NCBI RefSeq assembly: GCF_009914755.1
Contig: NC_060926.1
Source of the DNA: the human T2T-CHM13v2.0 reference genome, Homo sapiens
Strand: one strand, 5' to 3'
DNA: 64,000 nt
Made by a program: the position numbers and the translations under genes. The notes under the pieces were generated by a model that was not told the DNA's origin, ran no database searches, and saw only the letters and a list, made by a program, of their open reading frames with translations. Every line of letters begins with the position of its first letter. Position 1 is the stretch's first letter. Of this stretch, positions 24,691-37,364 are shown piece by piece.

Positions 24691-26014
24691 AATTGGTAAG
24701 AAGAAAATGTAGAGACCACAGATCGGTGAGCATTTCTGTCTGTGACCTTCCTCTGGAAAAGCTCAGTCTGAAGCACAAACTGGGTCTTCATAGAGAGGCA
24801 CTTCCAGCTGCCTCAGAGCACTCGCTGCAAAGCTTCGGGCTGCTCAGAGAAAATGGCTCCTGATGCCATTATGGGCTTCTCGTCGTGCCCTGAGATGTGC
24901 TGGGTTCTGTTTCTTGTGTCTATTCAATGAATTCTGACCCTTCAAGAGCTTCCCAGATGCTTTCCAGGAAGAACCCTGGGCCCTGGGGACGACTGCCTTC
25001 CTAAGGAACTTTCCTTCTAGATGCCTTTGTAGTTTTTCATGTTTAAGTGACAAGTAGTGAGTGGCGCTGCTTGTAGAATCTGAACACAAAATGTCCCCGG
25101 ATTAGTAGGTGTCATCCAGTTATCAGTCTCGTGCTCACACCCCCGCCACCGGGTTTCGATTTGCCCATCTCTGCTTTGCTGCTGGATCTGCTGGTCCTTG
25201 GGGCCTCACTCTGAACCACATTCTTGTGTGCTAGAGGGAAATTTCTGTGTGTGAAATGTGGCCACTAGGGAGTCAGTAAGTTCAGGTACACCAGGAAAAG
25301 GCGTTGAGTCCCAGAGAAAGGAACCTTCAAGGAGAAGCTTGGAAGAGGGAGGAAATGAGTGTGACAAGGGACCATGGGAAGAAGGAGCAGAATGTTTAAA
25401 CTGAAATCCCTGTATATACTGTACAGACAAATAGCTCTTTTTTTCTCAAAAACCAGTTTTCTGGGGGAAAAAAATGGATTGCCATGAAATGAAGCTGTTT
25501 TTAAAGTAGAAATGTCCTTGTAGGTGAGAGAAATCTACGCAGCATCCCTGGAAAATGAAGGAAGTGGTTATCTCGGTGCTGACTCCCACTCAAGGGTTGC
25601 AGAGGAAACCTGCTAGTTCCTTGTGATGTTGCCATTATCACTCCTTACCATTCCCCTGTATTGTTTACAAAACAGGAACTTCTTGAATCCATCTCTGTAA
25701 ATAAACTCAGCTGGACTTTTTATCAATCTCTTTATCTCTTTCTAGATGACAGTCTAAGGACACTTATCTAACAGGTACCATTCCCTGCCGGTTGTGGTAG
25801 TGACCACCCTGTGCTAGCCTCAGTGGCCACAAGATGAGAGCCCTGAGGGTCCTCCTAAGGAAATGAAAGACTAGGGAAACAAAAGTTTCACCAAGTTCCA
25901 GAAGTCCTAAAGCATACTGTGATTATACAAAGCTATCCCTTGATCTCTCACGTCTAATAAGATCGTGTGCGTTGTCACATCAGCGACTCCATCATGTGCT
26001 GTTCTTTTCACTAG

Positions 26015-26209
26015 AAGACACAATTCCAAAGAAGGTGGTGTGCCACTTCAGTGGGAAGGCCTATGCCGACGAGGAGCGGTGGGACCTTGACAGCTGCACC
26101 CACTGCTACTGCCTGCAGGGCCAGACCCTCTGCTCGACCGTCAGCTGCCCCCCTCTGCCCTGTGTTGAGCCCATCAACGTGGAAGGAAGTTGCTGCCCAA
26201 TGTGTCCAG
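26015..26209 (+). CDS. CRIM1: CRIM1 coding exon (~exon 14), last vWC domain EDTIPKKVVCHFSGK...GSCCPMCP
   Basis: ttttcactag|AA acceptor, CCAG|gtatct donor; 195 nt, phase 1-1. Confidence 0.97.
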
Positions 26210-27599
26210 GTATCTAAGCCACCATCCTTCCATTTGTCAAGCTGTAATGTTGATTTAAGATGAAATCGAAGCAGAGCTCGACCTGCCCCTTCTTTCATTC
26301 GTTCACACGGCCCAAGTAGCGTGTCAGGCCCAGTTAGCGCCTCCACCCAAAGACCCTATGGGTAACTTGGAAAACTATGACCATCCCGATGAGGGGCAGA
26401 TTTTGGTTCCATGCCAGAATTCCTCGGGTTCTTTTCTTCTCATTTGCATTCTCTAAACTTTAGTATAACCAACCTGTTAATGACACCTGCCCTATTAGAC
26501 TAGCACAGTTTTAGTGCAGTGTTGGACTAGCCTAGAGAAGATGGTCCAAGATGGGACCCAGAAGGGAAGATGCTTAAAAGCCATTACACTGTGAAAATAT
26601 ATTAGAACCAAAGTGGAAGACCTGCATTTAAAGAATATAGTTCTGGTTCATTCTTTTTTTACTTCATCAGTTCCAGCCAGTACCCATACCATCCACGCAG
26701 CCTTCTCCCAAGCCCTCAGCTGAACTGCCCATCTCTTTCCACACTTAACGCAACCACTGAGTGTACCCCAGCTGGCTGTTGTGAATCCCCATGCCTACAT
26801 CTTTCCCCACGCCCCACTCTTTGTGTCTGCTGCATTATCCCTCTCATAGTTTCAAACCTAAGTCCTTCTCAGCTGCCCAGAGCCTCACCTAGCCCTTCTC
26901 CTAGTTTCCATGCCTGCATCTCCTGCCAAACAATTCCTCTTTCCCCTGCGTCTAATCCCAGAAATGTAAGACCTGAGCCCTCTCCCTGGGGACTGACCCC
27001 TAGACACACAGATTTCCCGGTGGTATAGACCACACAGACCCAAGTGAAGGCTCACTCTAAGATCTCATTGAGGTCCTCAGCGAGTCAGGAGCTTTTCTGT
27101 CTTACCTCGATTCTCATGTTTTCTCGCAGCATTATATTAGAGAACCTTGTTGTATTCAATACAGGGAGCTGGGAACCATGCCAATTCACAAGTGCATCTG
27201 TACTATGCAGTTGTAAGATAGGGCAGTTGTTAAACCCAAAGAGTTTAAGTGAGCTCTGCACATGTTGGCCTTTTGTTTAGGCGTTGTGCAGACTAGCCCC
27301 AATTGAGCATTTCTAAAAATGTCCATTTATCTCCTAAAAAGGATAGGATGTTCTGCAAGGTAAGGGGGTGGAACCATTTTTCAGAGCCTTCAGTTGGGTT
27401 CTCTTTATAGTTTTCCATATACACACTTGCTGTGTATATGGAAAAAGCAAGTCTTAAGTGCTTTAAATGAGAATAAGAAAAAATATATGGTTTTCCACTG
27501 GAATTATTTTATCTAGTGTATATTCACCTATGTTTCACAAATTTCATACCAGTTTCCCCAGTAATATGCTTTTAATGATATAAATGATGAAACTTGACC

Positions 27600-28966
27600 T
27601 TATTTATTTCACGAAGAGTCATTTAATGCCTTTTATGTGCCAAGCACTGTTCTAGGCACTGGGGACACAGCAGTGAACCAAATAGCAGTGCACACGGAGC
27701 TTACGTTGTAGTAGGGAGAAGCCAGGCAGCTAACAGGTAAACAGTAACTAGGTAGCCACCAAGATGGGGATCCGGCTCTGGAGAAAGGCATAGCAAGACA
27801 GAGAGGCTGGGGAGAAGTGGGGCAGGCAGGTTGTTTTGTATTATGTAGAATGGTCAGGGAGCACCTTACCAACAAGATGAGATTTAATGAAGAGACCCAG
27901 AATTGCAGTTCTCATGGGGAACAGGCAGAACCTCTGGGTATAGCCAGCGCCAAGGCCCTGGAGTGGGAACGTGCTGTGCGTGTTCAAGGTAGAGCAGTGT
28001 TCAAGGTGCATGTTCAGGAGGAGCTGTGTGGAGGTAACTCAGTGAGCATGGAGGAGGTAAGAGGTGGGGCAGAGAGGCAGCCACGGCCAGACACAAAGGG
28101 TCTCGCAGATGAGTGCAAGATTGTATTGAGTGAGATGAAACCTTGGAAGGTTTGGAGCAGGGAGCGACAGGATCTGACTTACCTTTGAATGGGATTTCTC
28201 TGGTGCTGGGTTGAACATAGACTGTGGGGCATGGAGGTCAATAGTGAAAGCAGAGAGACCAACTTGGAGACTTTTTTAAGAATCCGGGCGAGAGATGACA
28301 GTGACTTGGACAGGGTGGTAGCCGTGGAGGTGGGGAGAAGTGGGCAGGTTCTGACTATGCCATATGAGTCGCATCAGTAGGATTTCAATGTATGCGGGGA
28401 GTGAGTGGAAGAGGAGCCAAGGATGACTACGACATTTTGGTTTGGGGCATTTTTAGCTTGAAATAGTCATTCAGCATCAAAGTGGAGCTAATGAATAGAC
28501 AAATATCTAATCTGGGCTTCAGGAAAGAAACTGAAAGTAGATCTACAAATTTGAAAGTTTAGCCATAGGTGGTTTCTAGTCTCAAGGTTTTTAAGCCTTG
28601 AGACTAGATGAGAGCACCGAAGGGTAAGAATAAATAGAAAAGAAAAGAGAGCGCAGGACCGAGCCCTGAGACCTTCTGACTTTTGGAGACTGAGCAGGTG
28701 CAGAGGGCCTAGCAAAAGAAATAGAGAAGGAGCACCAGGAATAAAGGAAGAAGCCAAGAGGGTCAGTGACATGGAAACCAGGTGGAGAAAGGGTTTCTGG
28801 TAGGAAAGAGTAAACTGCTCAATCAAGCGCCACTGTTAGCCACGTAAGATGCGATGTGGGAACAGACTTGTGCACTTAGCACTGCTGTAATGAACTTCAC
28901 AGAAGTACAGTGGTGGAGGCAAAGTCTAATCAGAGTGATTTCAAGAAAGAATGGGAGAGGTGAATT
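27600..28966 (-). mobile_element. L2 LINE 3' portion, antisense
   Basis: tatgtgccaagcactgttctaggcactggggacacagcagtgaac (L2 3' end reverse complement) followed by ~1.3 kb of typical purine-rich antisense L2 body. Confidence 0.85.
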
Positions 28967-29019
28967 CAATTCACCTCTCCCATTGCGAGTTATGGTTATG
29001 CAACTCTCATGCAGACCAT

Positions 29020-29520
29020 AAGTGCCAAGTTCATGAATAAGACAGACTGTGAAGTTGAGGGTCCTTGGAGGGTTTCACAGAGAAAGGACATGAGCTAGAT
29101 TTTAAAGGACAGATGTGCTGTCTTCATTGGAGTGAAGAGGATAACCCAACCAAGACCTGAGATGGGAAAAGTCAAGGCCGGTGCCTCTAAGGTCAAGGCC
29201 AGTGCCTCTGGAGCAGTGAGTTTTAGTAGCAGTAGGTAAGGACAGAAACAGTAGCTTTGGCAAGGATTTTTCAGGCCTTAATTATCAAATGAAGAGTGTA
29301 GATTTTGTTCTTTATAGGGAATGGGGAGGCTTATTTTTGAGCAGCTGAATGACATGTTCACAAAGATGTTTTGGGGTAACCTTTGTGTAACAGGGTGGTG
29401 TGCAGGAAGGACTAAAGCAGAGAGAGACCAGAGGCCAGGACAGCTGTAACAGGCACTGCAAATGTCCTCGGTGTGATAACAAGGACCCAAATTCAGGTAG
29501 TGGTGGTAGAAATAGAGGTC
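29020..29520 (-). mobile_element. older L2 fragment
   Basis: gagctagattttaaagga, aggga.atggggag, ttttgagcag, agagaccaga motifs; approximate. Confidence 0.6.
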
Positions 29521-30074
29521 AATTCATTCTCCTTGGTTTGTGAGTTTGATAAGAGAGAGTACAGATATTGCTAACATCCTTGTTCATCATTAGAGATTTC
29601 TCCAGTGACTTCTCAGTTAAGATTTACTATTGGGTTGAAATTTAATTTCTGTTAACTCTCCTTTCTGCATCTGCTGTATTCCTGATGAAACATTTTTCTA
29701 TCTTTAAGCAAATACTGCAATCAGTTGAGCTTTTGCCACCTTCTGTTTGATCCAGTATGGGCTGCCAGGAAGGCTGTATTCCTGTCCCATTCTTGCATCG
29801 GTTCATTGTGTGATCTTAGTCAAGACTCACCACCAAAGTTTCACGCTTCCATTTCTCATCTGGATAGCACATGCCACCTCCCAGAAATGCTGTGAGGATT
29901 ATACCATCTCAGAAATGATGGTGTGGGAGCACTTCCCGGTCTGTCCAGCAAACAAGAACCTTGCTTCTTCCTTTAGACATAGCAACTAACATTCTGAATA
30001 TCCTCTTTCTTTACAAAACAGTTTCACCTTTACCATCTTTGGATATGAGTACAGAACCTATGAGCTGTTAGGTG

Positions 30075-30200
30075 ATTAGCACCTGTCTCTTTACAGAAGA
30101 AACTGAGGCTCAGGAAAGGTAAGAGGGTTATCCGAAGTCATGGAGCTGGTTAGCAGAGGATGAGACCCCTGCTCCTAAATTGACCTCAGGTTCCATCTCC
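30075..30200 (-). mobile_element. MIR SINE fragment, antisense
   Basis: tttacagaagaaactgaggctcagga.aggtaag....tatccgaagtca...agct. Confidence 0.75.
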
Positions 30201-31514
30201 CAAAAAAATGCTGACCTCAGCTTGTAAGCACCAAGCACCTCGCCCCGTATTCCAGAAGAGGACATTTTAAGGAAGGCAACTCTTAGAGATGACCAGATGC
30301 CTCTGAAAGTAAAATATATCCCCAGTAAATTATCTTGAGTTCCTCCAAAGCGCAGGTCAAGTATGAGCACAGGAGCGATTGTGACCGTGTGCCCGTGATC
30401 TTCGTGGTAGGGCTGGATGTAGCTTTGTGTAAATCTCCCTGGCACTGTCCATCTGTAATGCCAACAGCTGTAAAGGGCTCTTCTAGTAAATACCAGAAGG
30501 GTTATATTTTAGAGTCTTGGGTTGAAGGCGGTCTTTGGCCATAGAAGGCGGCCTGGGTCTAGGCGTGGAAACAAATAGCATTCCCACTTCTTTTTGTTTC
30601 AACAAGCAGTTTTTTAACTGAAAGAATTGTTCTTTTTGGCAAAACTGCTCAGAGGCAGCTTCCCTTTTATGTTCAAATTAAAGGGAAATGACTCTCTTCC
30701 CTTGGACTTGAGGACTGTGAACTGGAGCTGTGCGTGTTCTGTGATAAAGAAGGAGGTGTGGGTGGATTTTAATCAGAGCTGAACTGAGTGGTGGAGTGAG
30801 CTAATACACAGGACAGGTTATGAGCTGCTGGAAGTAAGAAGTGGCTGTCAGGCATCACTCATCAGGAGAGACCCATGGGGGCCAGGATTGGTCTCACTCA
30901 AAACTGTATGCCCAAAACCAGTGCCTGCCATGTAGGAAGTGCTCAGGAAATATTTGTTGAACAAATGGTAATACAATTAATCACTGAAGAAGACATCCTC
31001 CTTCACCATAGACAGATCCTTCTAACTTTCCCTGCTGTTTCCAAGTAGAGCCCCTGTGGGAAGAGGACTCACTGTCATGCCTCAGCTTGGTGGAGTTTCA
31101 CCGGAAATCTACCCATATGCAGGGTCAAGGCAAAAGAATTCCAAAGTTACGTCTCTCCCTCTCACTCAGGAAAAAACCTGAGGTGGAACTGAATCAATCC
31201 CAGCTCTGGGGCCTCTGCAGAAACTTTTACTACTTAGCCATTGACATTTACAGGTTTGTTGGAATTGGTGTCGCATTTGCCCTTTACACTGAGGCCTCAG
31301 AAACCAGTGGCAGTTCGGCCCCTATTGTCATAGGAAGGCTCAGTGTGAAGCCCTGGACTAGGCAGGGGAGGGGCAGAAGGGTGTGTGTGGCACTGAAAGG
31401 TGTCAAGTAAATGGCGACATGGCTTTTCTGCCCATATTCACCCAGGAAATTCATACCACACATGAGAGTTTTTCAGTGGGTGCATTAAATACCATCCCCC
31501 TGCACACACCTCCC

Positions 31515-31622
31515 GGAATCACCTAGTCCAGACCTACCGAATCAGGACCTGTGAGAGTCAGCACATTTTCTAAGCTCTTTGGGTAATTCTGATATGATTT
31601 TTAAAAATTTGAGAGTCACTGG
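31515..31622 (+). mobile_element. MER5-like hAT-Charlie fragment
   Basis: gaatcacct..ccagacctaccgaatcag...ggtaattctgat...tttgagagtcactgg. Confidence 0.6.
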
Positions 31623-31799
31623 TTTGTGCTCAGGCCCCTGCACCTGCAAATGGTAATGTTTTCAGTAACTTCTATTTTTAATTCTCGAGTTTGCAGGGAT
31701 GCACTGAACCTGTAGAAACTATAATTGTTCCCAGTTCTTTTTATGTTTAAAGGTTTTATAATATAACTAAGAAAGCAGAAGACTATTCTTGGAGGCAAC

Positions 31800-31910
31800 A
31801 AGATAACTTGGGCTTTGGAATCACAGAACTGCATTTGAATCCCAGCTCTACCACTTACTAGATGCATGATTTTGAGCGATTTAACTTAACCTCTCTGGGT
31901 TTCTTTCCCT
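31800..31910 (+). mobile_element. MIR SINE fragment
   Basis: gggctttggaatca..tttgaatcccagctctaccacttactag...acttaacctctctg. Confidence 0.75.
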
Positions 31911-33038
31911 GGCTGGGTACCCAGTTAACTCATGGGGGAAGCTTAGCAAGTACTCTCTTCTCTATCACTTTCCTCTTCTCTCAAAGTCATCTTAAGGTTT
32001 ACTTCTCAAAAGCCTGTTAACTTTGAGACAGAAAACAATCACTCTGAGCAGAGGGGATTATTAATCCTATTTTAATTTATATACTTATACTGTATATTTT
32101 ATGTTGGTCTAAATTAGGCTATGGTGAGTATTTAGGATCCTACGTGTTGAGTAATTGCTTTATAAAAAAATCAGTGAATAATATGGCAGGATCTGCCCGA
32201 AAGGAAATACGTGCATGACACAAACTTTTATTGTCACATTTTGAAAACAGGTTCTGAAGAATTAATTGCTTTAAAATGTGGGGCTAGTTGTCGTTAGCTG
32301 GATGAAGTATAAATACAAAGAAATATTTGTAGGAGCTGAGAAAAGTTCTGATTTTTTTTTTTTTTAAAAAGACCTGATATTTGAGATAAATAATATTCTT
32401 CTGTTTGTTTTATGTTGTAGTATAATACCTATCTGATCAAACTGGATAATGTAAATATATTTACTGAAGATCAGCTTCTAATCTAAATGGTTCCAGTGGT
32501 AACATAATGGACATCTGAGACTTATACTCATGAGGTCTACCTACAGTCCATTCCCATTTAGGGGAAGAGAAAGGAGAGGAAATGGCCAAGAAGTCCATAA
32601 GAAGTGGACAGTGCTTTAACTTTTTCAAGTTTTGCTAACATATTTTATGTAAGTTATTCAATACCCCCATATTAAAGAGCAGCAGCTATTAAACACCAAC
32701 ATTTATTAGCTGCTGGAAAGTAATAAATAACTTCAGCTAGTCCCCTTCAGTTTCCATAAAATTATAAAACCAACACCATTTGACGTGAAAAAGCAGTTTT
32801 TGACCCTGGTGGAGTAGAGAATTCTTTCATCTTTTAAATGTTATAAGACATGTTTCTCCTCACTGCAAAGCTCGTGATTCTCTAGCATGAGTGATGAATG
32901 ATGTAAATGGCAGAAACTGCATCTTTCATGTCCCAGGAAATGTGGTCTTGAATTGAGTGCACCATTTGGATTGAGAATACAAAAGCCAACAATACAGCAG
33001 CTTCATCATCTCTTAGGAAAAATGTTCCCTTCTTTTAG

Positions 33039-33161
33039 AAATGTATGTCCCAGAACCAACCAATATACCCATTGAGAAGACAAACCATCGAGGAGAGGTT
33101 GACCTGGAGGTTCCCCTGTGGCCCACGCCTAGTGAAAATGATATCGTCCATCTCCCTAGAG
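33039..33161 (+). CDS. CRIM1: CRIM1 coding exon (~exon 15), juxtamembrane stalk EMYVPEPTNIPIEKTNHRGEVDLEVPLWPTPSENDIVHLPR
   Basis: cccttcttttag|AA acceptor, AGAG|gtaagc donor; 123 nt, phase 1-1; frame continuous with neighbours. Confidence 0.95.
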
Positions 33162-35424
33162 GTAAGCATTGAAGGCAGCTGAGATCTGCTAGTTTTCTAT
33201 GTGGTCTACTTAGGTGTTTTCTAATTTTTAAAATTTCCTATGAGTAACTTTTAAAATGACTTGCTGAAGTAAATTCAAATAACTATTCCCGGGCAGACCT
33301 GCTTGGCTGAAACATATTTACACCACACATTGATAAAATAAGTCAGCAGGTAACTGGATTAAATGCCTCCTTCCTGGCCCTCTGTGCTCAGAGACTTTGT
33401 GATGACGGAAATAAATGGAAATAAATATGTTCCTAGTCATAAGAGCCTGGTATCTGGAACTTCTAAGCCATCTCTCAAACGTATGTATATATAAACTTTG
33501 TAAGGAGAGTAATCATGAATTAGTCACTGTCTCTTGTAGATTCCGCACTGAGCATTTGTACATTAGGTTACCCTCTACTTCTGGGCAGTTTTCACTTCAT
33601 GTGAGCTAAACTTATCACCTATGTTGATTTTTCTAGTCACCAGGTTTACTCCATGCCTTTTTATCTTGCTCTATCCTTTCAGTCTGTGCGTAATAAAGAT
33701 GTTATTTTGTCTCCCAATAGCTGTCACTATTTCCTTTTCTATAAAAGTAGACCTCTTCTTGATCAGTAGTATAAACTTGCTCTTAGCCGTGACTCAGTAC
33801 TGCCTCCTGTGTCCTCCAACCATATTTTCCAAATCATTGCTATATAACTTATATTTCTTTTGGAAGAAGCAATATTCATTGCTTGAGAGAGATTAATTGT
33901 CTGTTACTCTAGATATTCTAAACGTTATGCTTGGATCAAACCAGATGACCAGAAAGTCAAATTCCTGGACCTAGTGTTTTTGGCTCTCTGTATAATTGTT
34001 CTGAGTGTGCTTTAGCATTATGCTTACATTCATTCAGTCAGTAAATATTAGTGCCTGCTGTATGCCAGACCCTGTTCTAGAGGCTAGACTTCAACATACT
34101 GTAAGTACGACTATTCTTATGACTGAAGACCTGTGCATTGCATAGTATCTATGTTATAAAGCCCCTAAAGAGAAATTTTCTCATGCATCAATAGCAAGAA
34201 AATGTATGCTTCTCCTAGGCAACTGATTTGTTTTAACCTAAAAGACATTGTGAATCGTATTAAAGACTGATAGTTGTTTCCGTTTTTGGCTTTGGCTGCT
34301 ACAAAGCTCAAAGCTAACTTTGATGGCTTGGTTTTAGCACAGAAACAGAACTGGAAGACTGAATTTTGTAAACAGACCTCACTTGCAGCTTCATTTTTCT
34401 TTCACCAAGACCTTCCTTAATTTATATCTTATTCTTCTTGTATGACACATATTCCTAAAACTGCTTTCTATTTGATTTGGAATATGGGAAAGTAAAATTC
34501 ATTCTTTTATTCATTGTATATTTAAAATCTGAATTCATCAATAAAATGTTACTCTTTGACATTTTTCTTGATGCTGGAAAATATGTTTCTATAAAGTTTT
34601 ATTGCCATCTGCACTGGCTAAAATGATTAGGAATGTTTTCTACCTCCCATTCCTCCCTGCTCCCACCACCCCTCCAGAACACACACAGAAGCATATCATT
34701 TAAAATCTGAGTTTTAAACCACAGTGTTACATACCACAAAGCTCTGTCACTTCATGAGCTGAATTTCCAGAACAATTTAGGAGTAACTCCTTTTGATACT
34801 GTGTGTCATGTGTCTTTAACTAAATTGATTTTTAATGCATTTAGAAAACCTGACTACAATGATTTATTTGAAACAAAACAGAATATAAAAATAAGGAAAC
34901 TTTAGGGAGTGCCCCCTATTGGTATGTGTTTAACCTTATTTTTGTCTGCAACATTCATTGTAAGAGAGATATTTTAAAAGAACATAAAGGTCATCATTCA
35001 TAAGTGCAAAACTAAATGTAGTCACCTATGCGATATAATTCATTAAGGCAGAAAAATGATCTAATAGGCCTAAGCAAGATTTTCAACAAGTTTATGAAAA
35101 GTAAGACAATATTGCTTAGAGTTCAGTGAACCAGAGTATCAACCAAAAGACCAACTTCCTGATTGATTAGTTTTAATCTAATTAGTCTTAGCTATTAACA
35201 CTAATTAATTAATAGTAAAAGAACATACTTTGTTCTAGTCTCCTGTTTGCCAATAAATCAGCTAATGTTTCTCCTTCGAAATCTGAGAAGACCATGTATG
35301 TTAACAGTAATCAAAATATTTTCATGGTCTAATTCACTTTTTCAAAATCTACCTAAGCACCTTCTTATTTCCTTGATTAGCTAGAGCCGGCATCATCTTA
35401 CCCAATTATTAAGATTCTCACTCT

Positions 35425-35426
<2 letters not shown>

Positions 35427-35453
<27 letters not shown>
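35427..35453 (+). repeat. T27 mononucleotide run
   Basis: counted directly; ~190 nt upstream of the TM exon acceptor. Confidence 0.9.
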
Positions 35454-35459
<6 letters not shown>

Positions 35460-35646
35460 CATCCCTAAGCGCTCTGCTCTCTACTAAGAGCTCTTTGGAT
35501 CAACATTAGATTTTAATCACATTTTTAGCCTCAAAAAACTGGGAAGCAATAAAACCAAGTTGCTGATCTCTATTTGCAATGTCATTAAAATAATCCTTAA
35601 CAATTCTGGTTTAGGTAATAAATGCTTATAATTTTTTTTCTCCTAG

Positions 35647-35834
35647 ATATGGGTCACCTCCAGGTAGATTACAGAGATAACAGGCTGCACCCAAGTGAAG
35701 ATTCTTCACTGGACTCCATTGCCTCAGTTGTGGTTCCCATAATTATATGCCTCTCTATTATAATAGCATTCCTATTCATCAATCAGAAGAAACAGTGGAT
35801 ACCACTGCTTTGCTGGTATCGAACACCAACTAAG
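35647..35834 (+). CDS. CRIM1: CRIM1 coding exon (~exon 16), transmembrane helix (IASVVVPIIICLSIIIAFLFI) and start of cytoplasmic tail
   Basis: ttttctcctag|AT acceptor, AAG|gtactg donor; 188 nt, phase 1-0; hydrophobic 21-mer followed by NQKKQW stop-transfer. Confidence 0.96.
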
Positions 35835-37187
35835 GTACTGTCTTGCAAAAGTTAGTCTCTTGAATGATGAATCTAGGAAAACTTACACTCATATTGAAAT
35901 TGCTTGAAACCTTGTGTCTTAACCAGTGAAGTTTTTACTTTGCTCTTCATAGCCTCAAATCCATACCAGGCTATAGTATGAATCAAATACATAGTACTTG
36001 CCCAGGGCTGGACTGATCACAAGGTGAATTATCCATTATCCATTGGTTAATGAAGCCTAACCTTACATGGATCCAGTTTTCTCGATGTACTCTGAAGTTT
36101 TCAAATGAACAAATACTCCTGGATTTATTCCTAAATCATTGTTTATATTAGACATTAAAACGTGATCACCTGGCATTTCTTAGTCATCAGTCAACTTAGA
36201 ATTGGGAGAGAAAAAAAGTCCCAAAGGGATGGAGATAATACTCAGGAGAGGGCTGGAAGATCATGAGGGTATACAAAAGGCAAAAGGAACAGGTCAGTGC
36301 ACCAAAGGCAAGCACCAAGTGGAAAGGTCGCAAAAGATGAAGAGGTGGTGGAAAGTAATAGTAGACAAGGTAGGGAGAGGCAGATTTCACACTAAGGGAG
36401 AAAAGATGTATGTTTGTTTTCAGTACAAACATAAAGGGCCTCTAAATCTGCCTATTTTGAAAGACAAGAAAAAACTGTATTAATTAAGGGAAATAAATCA
36501 TAATCCCTTCCAACTCTAATTCTACCTTTTGCCTTGAGTTGGTTTATTTTAATCATAAACCTTAAGAATTGGAAACAGCCTGAACAATTATGTAATGTAA
36601 TTTACCATCTGGTTAACCCTTCCATGTAAAAATTCTGTCCTGCGGTTATCCTGCCTCCGATTTTTCTTTGAACAAATGTACATTGGGCACAGCCTCTGTG
36701 CTGGGTCAGGATACAGTTGCCAGTGTCCAAAGCTGGGAAACAGACCCGCTCATAAAGTGTATGGAGTGACTAGCAACACACAGGCTGGCCCAGCCTATGA
36801 TAGTGTTGTACAGTCTGAGTGGTTAGAAGTCATCCCTTTGTTTTTAAAATCTGCCTACCTTCCACTCATTCTTCAGCCCCCTTGAAACACAAGGTCTGCA
36901 CTTCAAGGATTTGAAATCATTTCACCAGTCTTTTTTTTTTTTTTTTCAGTTCCTTCATCTCCCTATTTGACAGTTTCTTGACATTTCACCTTAAAATACA
37001 GTTTGTCAGTGTCCCTCATAAAAGTATAGTTGGTACTAGAACAAGATGTGATAATCTGCATACAGGCTATCAATCAATGAATTGTGAAACTGTTATCTCA
37101 CCTGAGTTAGGTACTAAATTTCTGTTCATTTGAGATAATGTAAAGCAACTAATTTTTTGTGGTTTTATTCCTCCTCTCATTAAATAG

Positions 37188-37364
37188 CCTTCTTCCTTAA
37201 ATAATCAGCTAGTATCTGTGGACTGCAAGAAAGGAACCAGAGTCCAGGTGGACAGTTCCCAGAGAATGCTAAGAATTGCAGAACCAGATGCAAGATTCAG
37301 TGGCTTCTACAGCATGCAAAAACAGAACCATCTACAGGCAGACAATTTCTACCAAACAGTGTGA
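37188..37364 (+). CDS. CRIM1: CRIM1 terminal coding exon (~exon 17), cytoplasmic tail PSSLNNQLVSVDCKK...ADNFYQTV*
   Basis: taaatag|CCT acceptor; 58 codons then TGA at 37362-37364; matches recalled CRIM1 C-terminus. Confidence 0.96.
   Translation, partial: PSSLNNQLVSVDCKKGTRVQVDSSQRMLRIAEPDARFSGFYSMQKQNHLQADNFYQTV

Noticed and set aside
29171-29209. 21-nt near-tandem duplication gtcaaggcc(g/a)gtgcctct
   Set aside because: Ordinary slippage inside an L2 fragment; only two copies.
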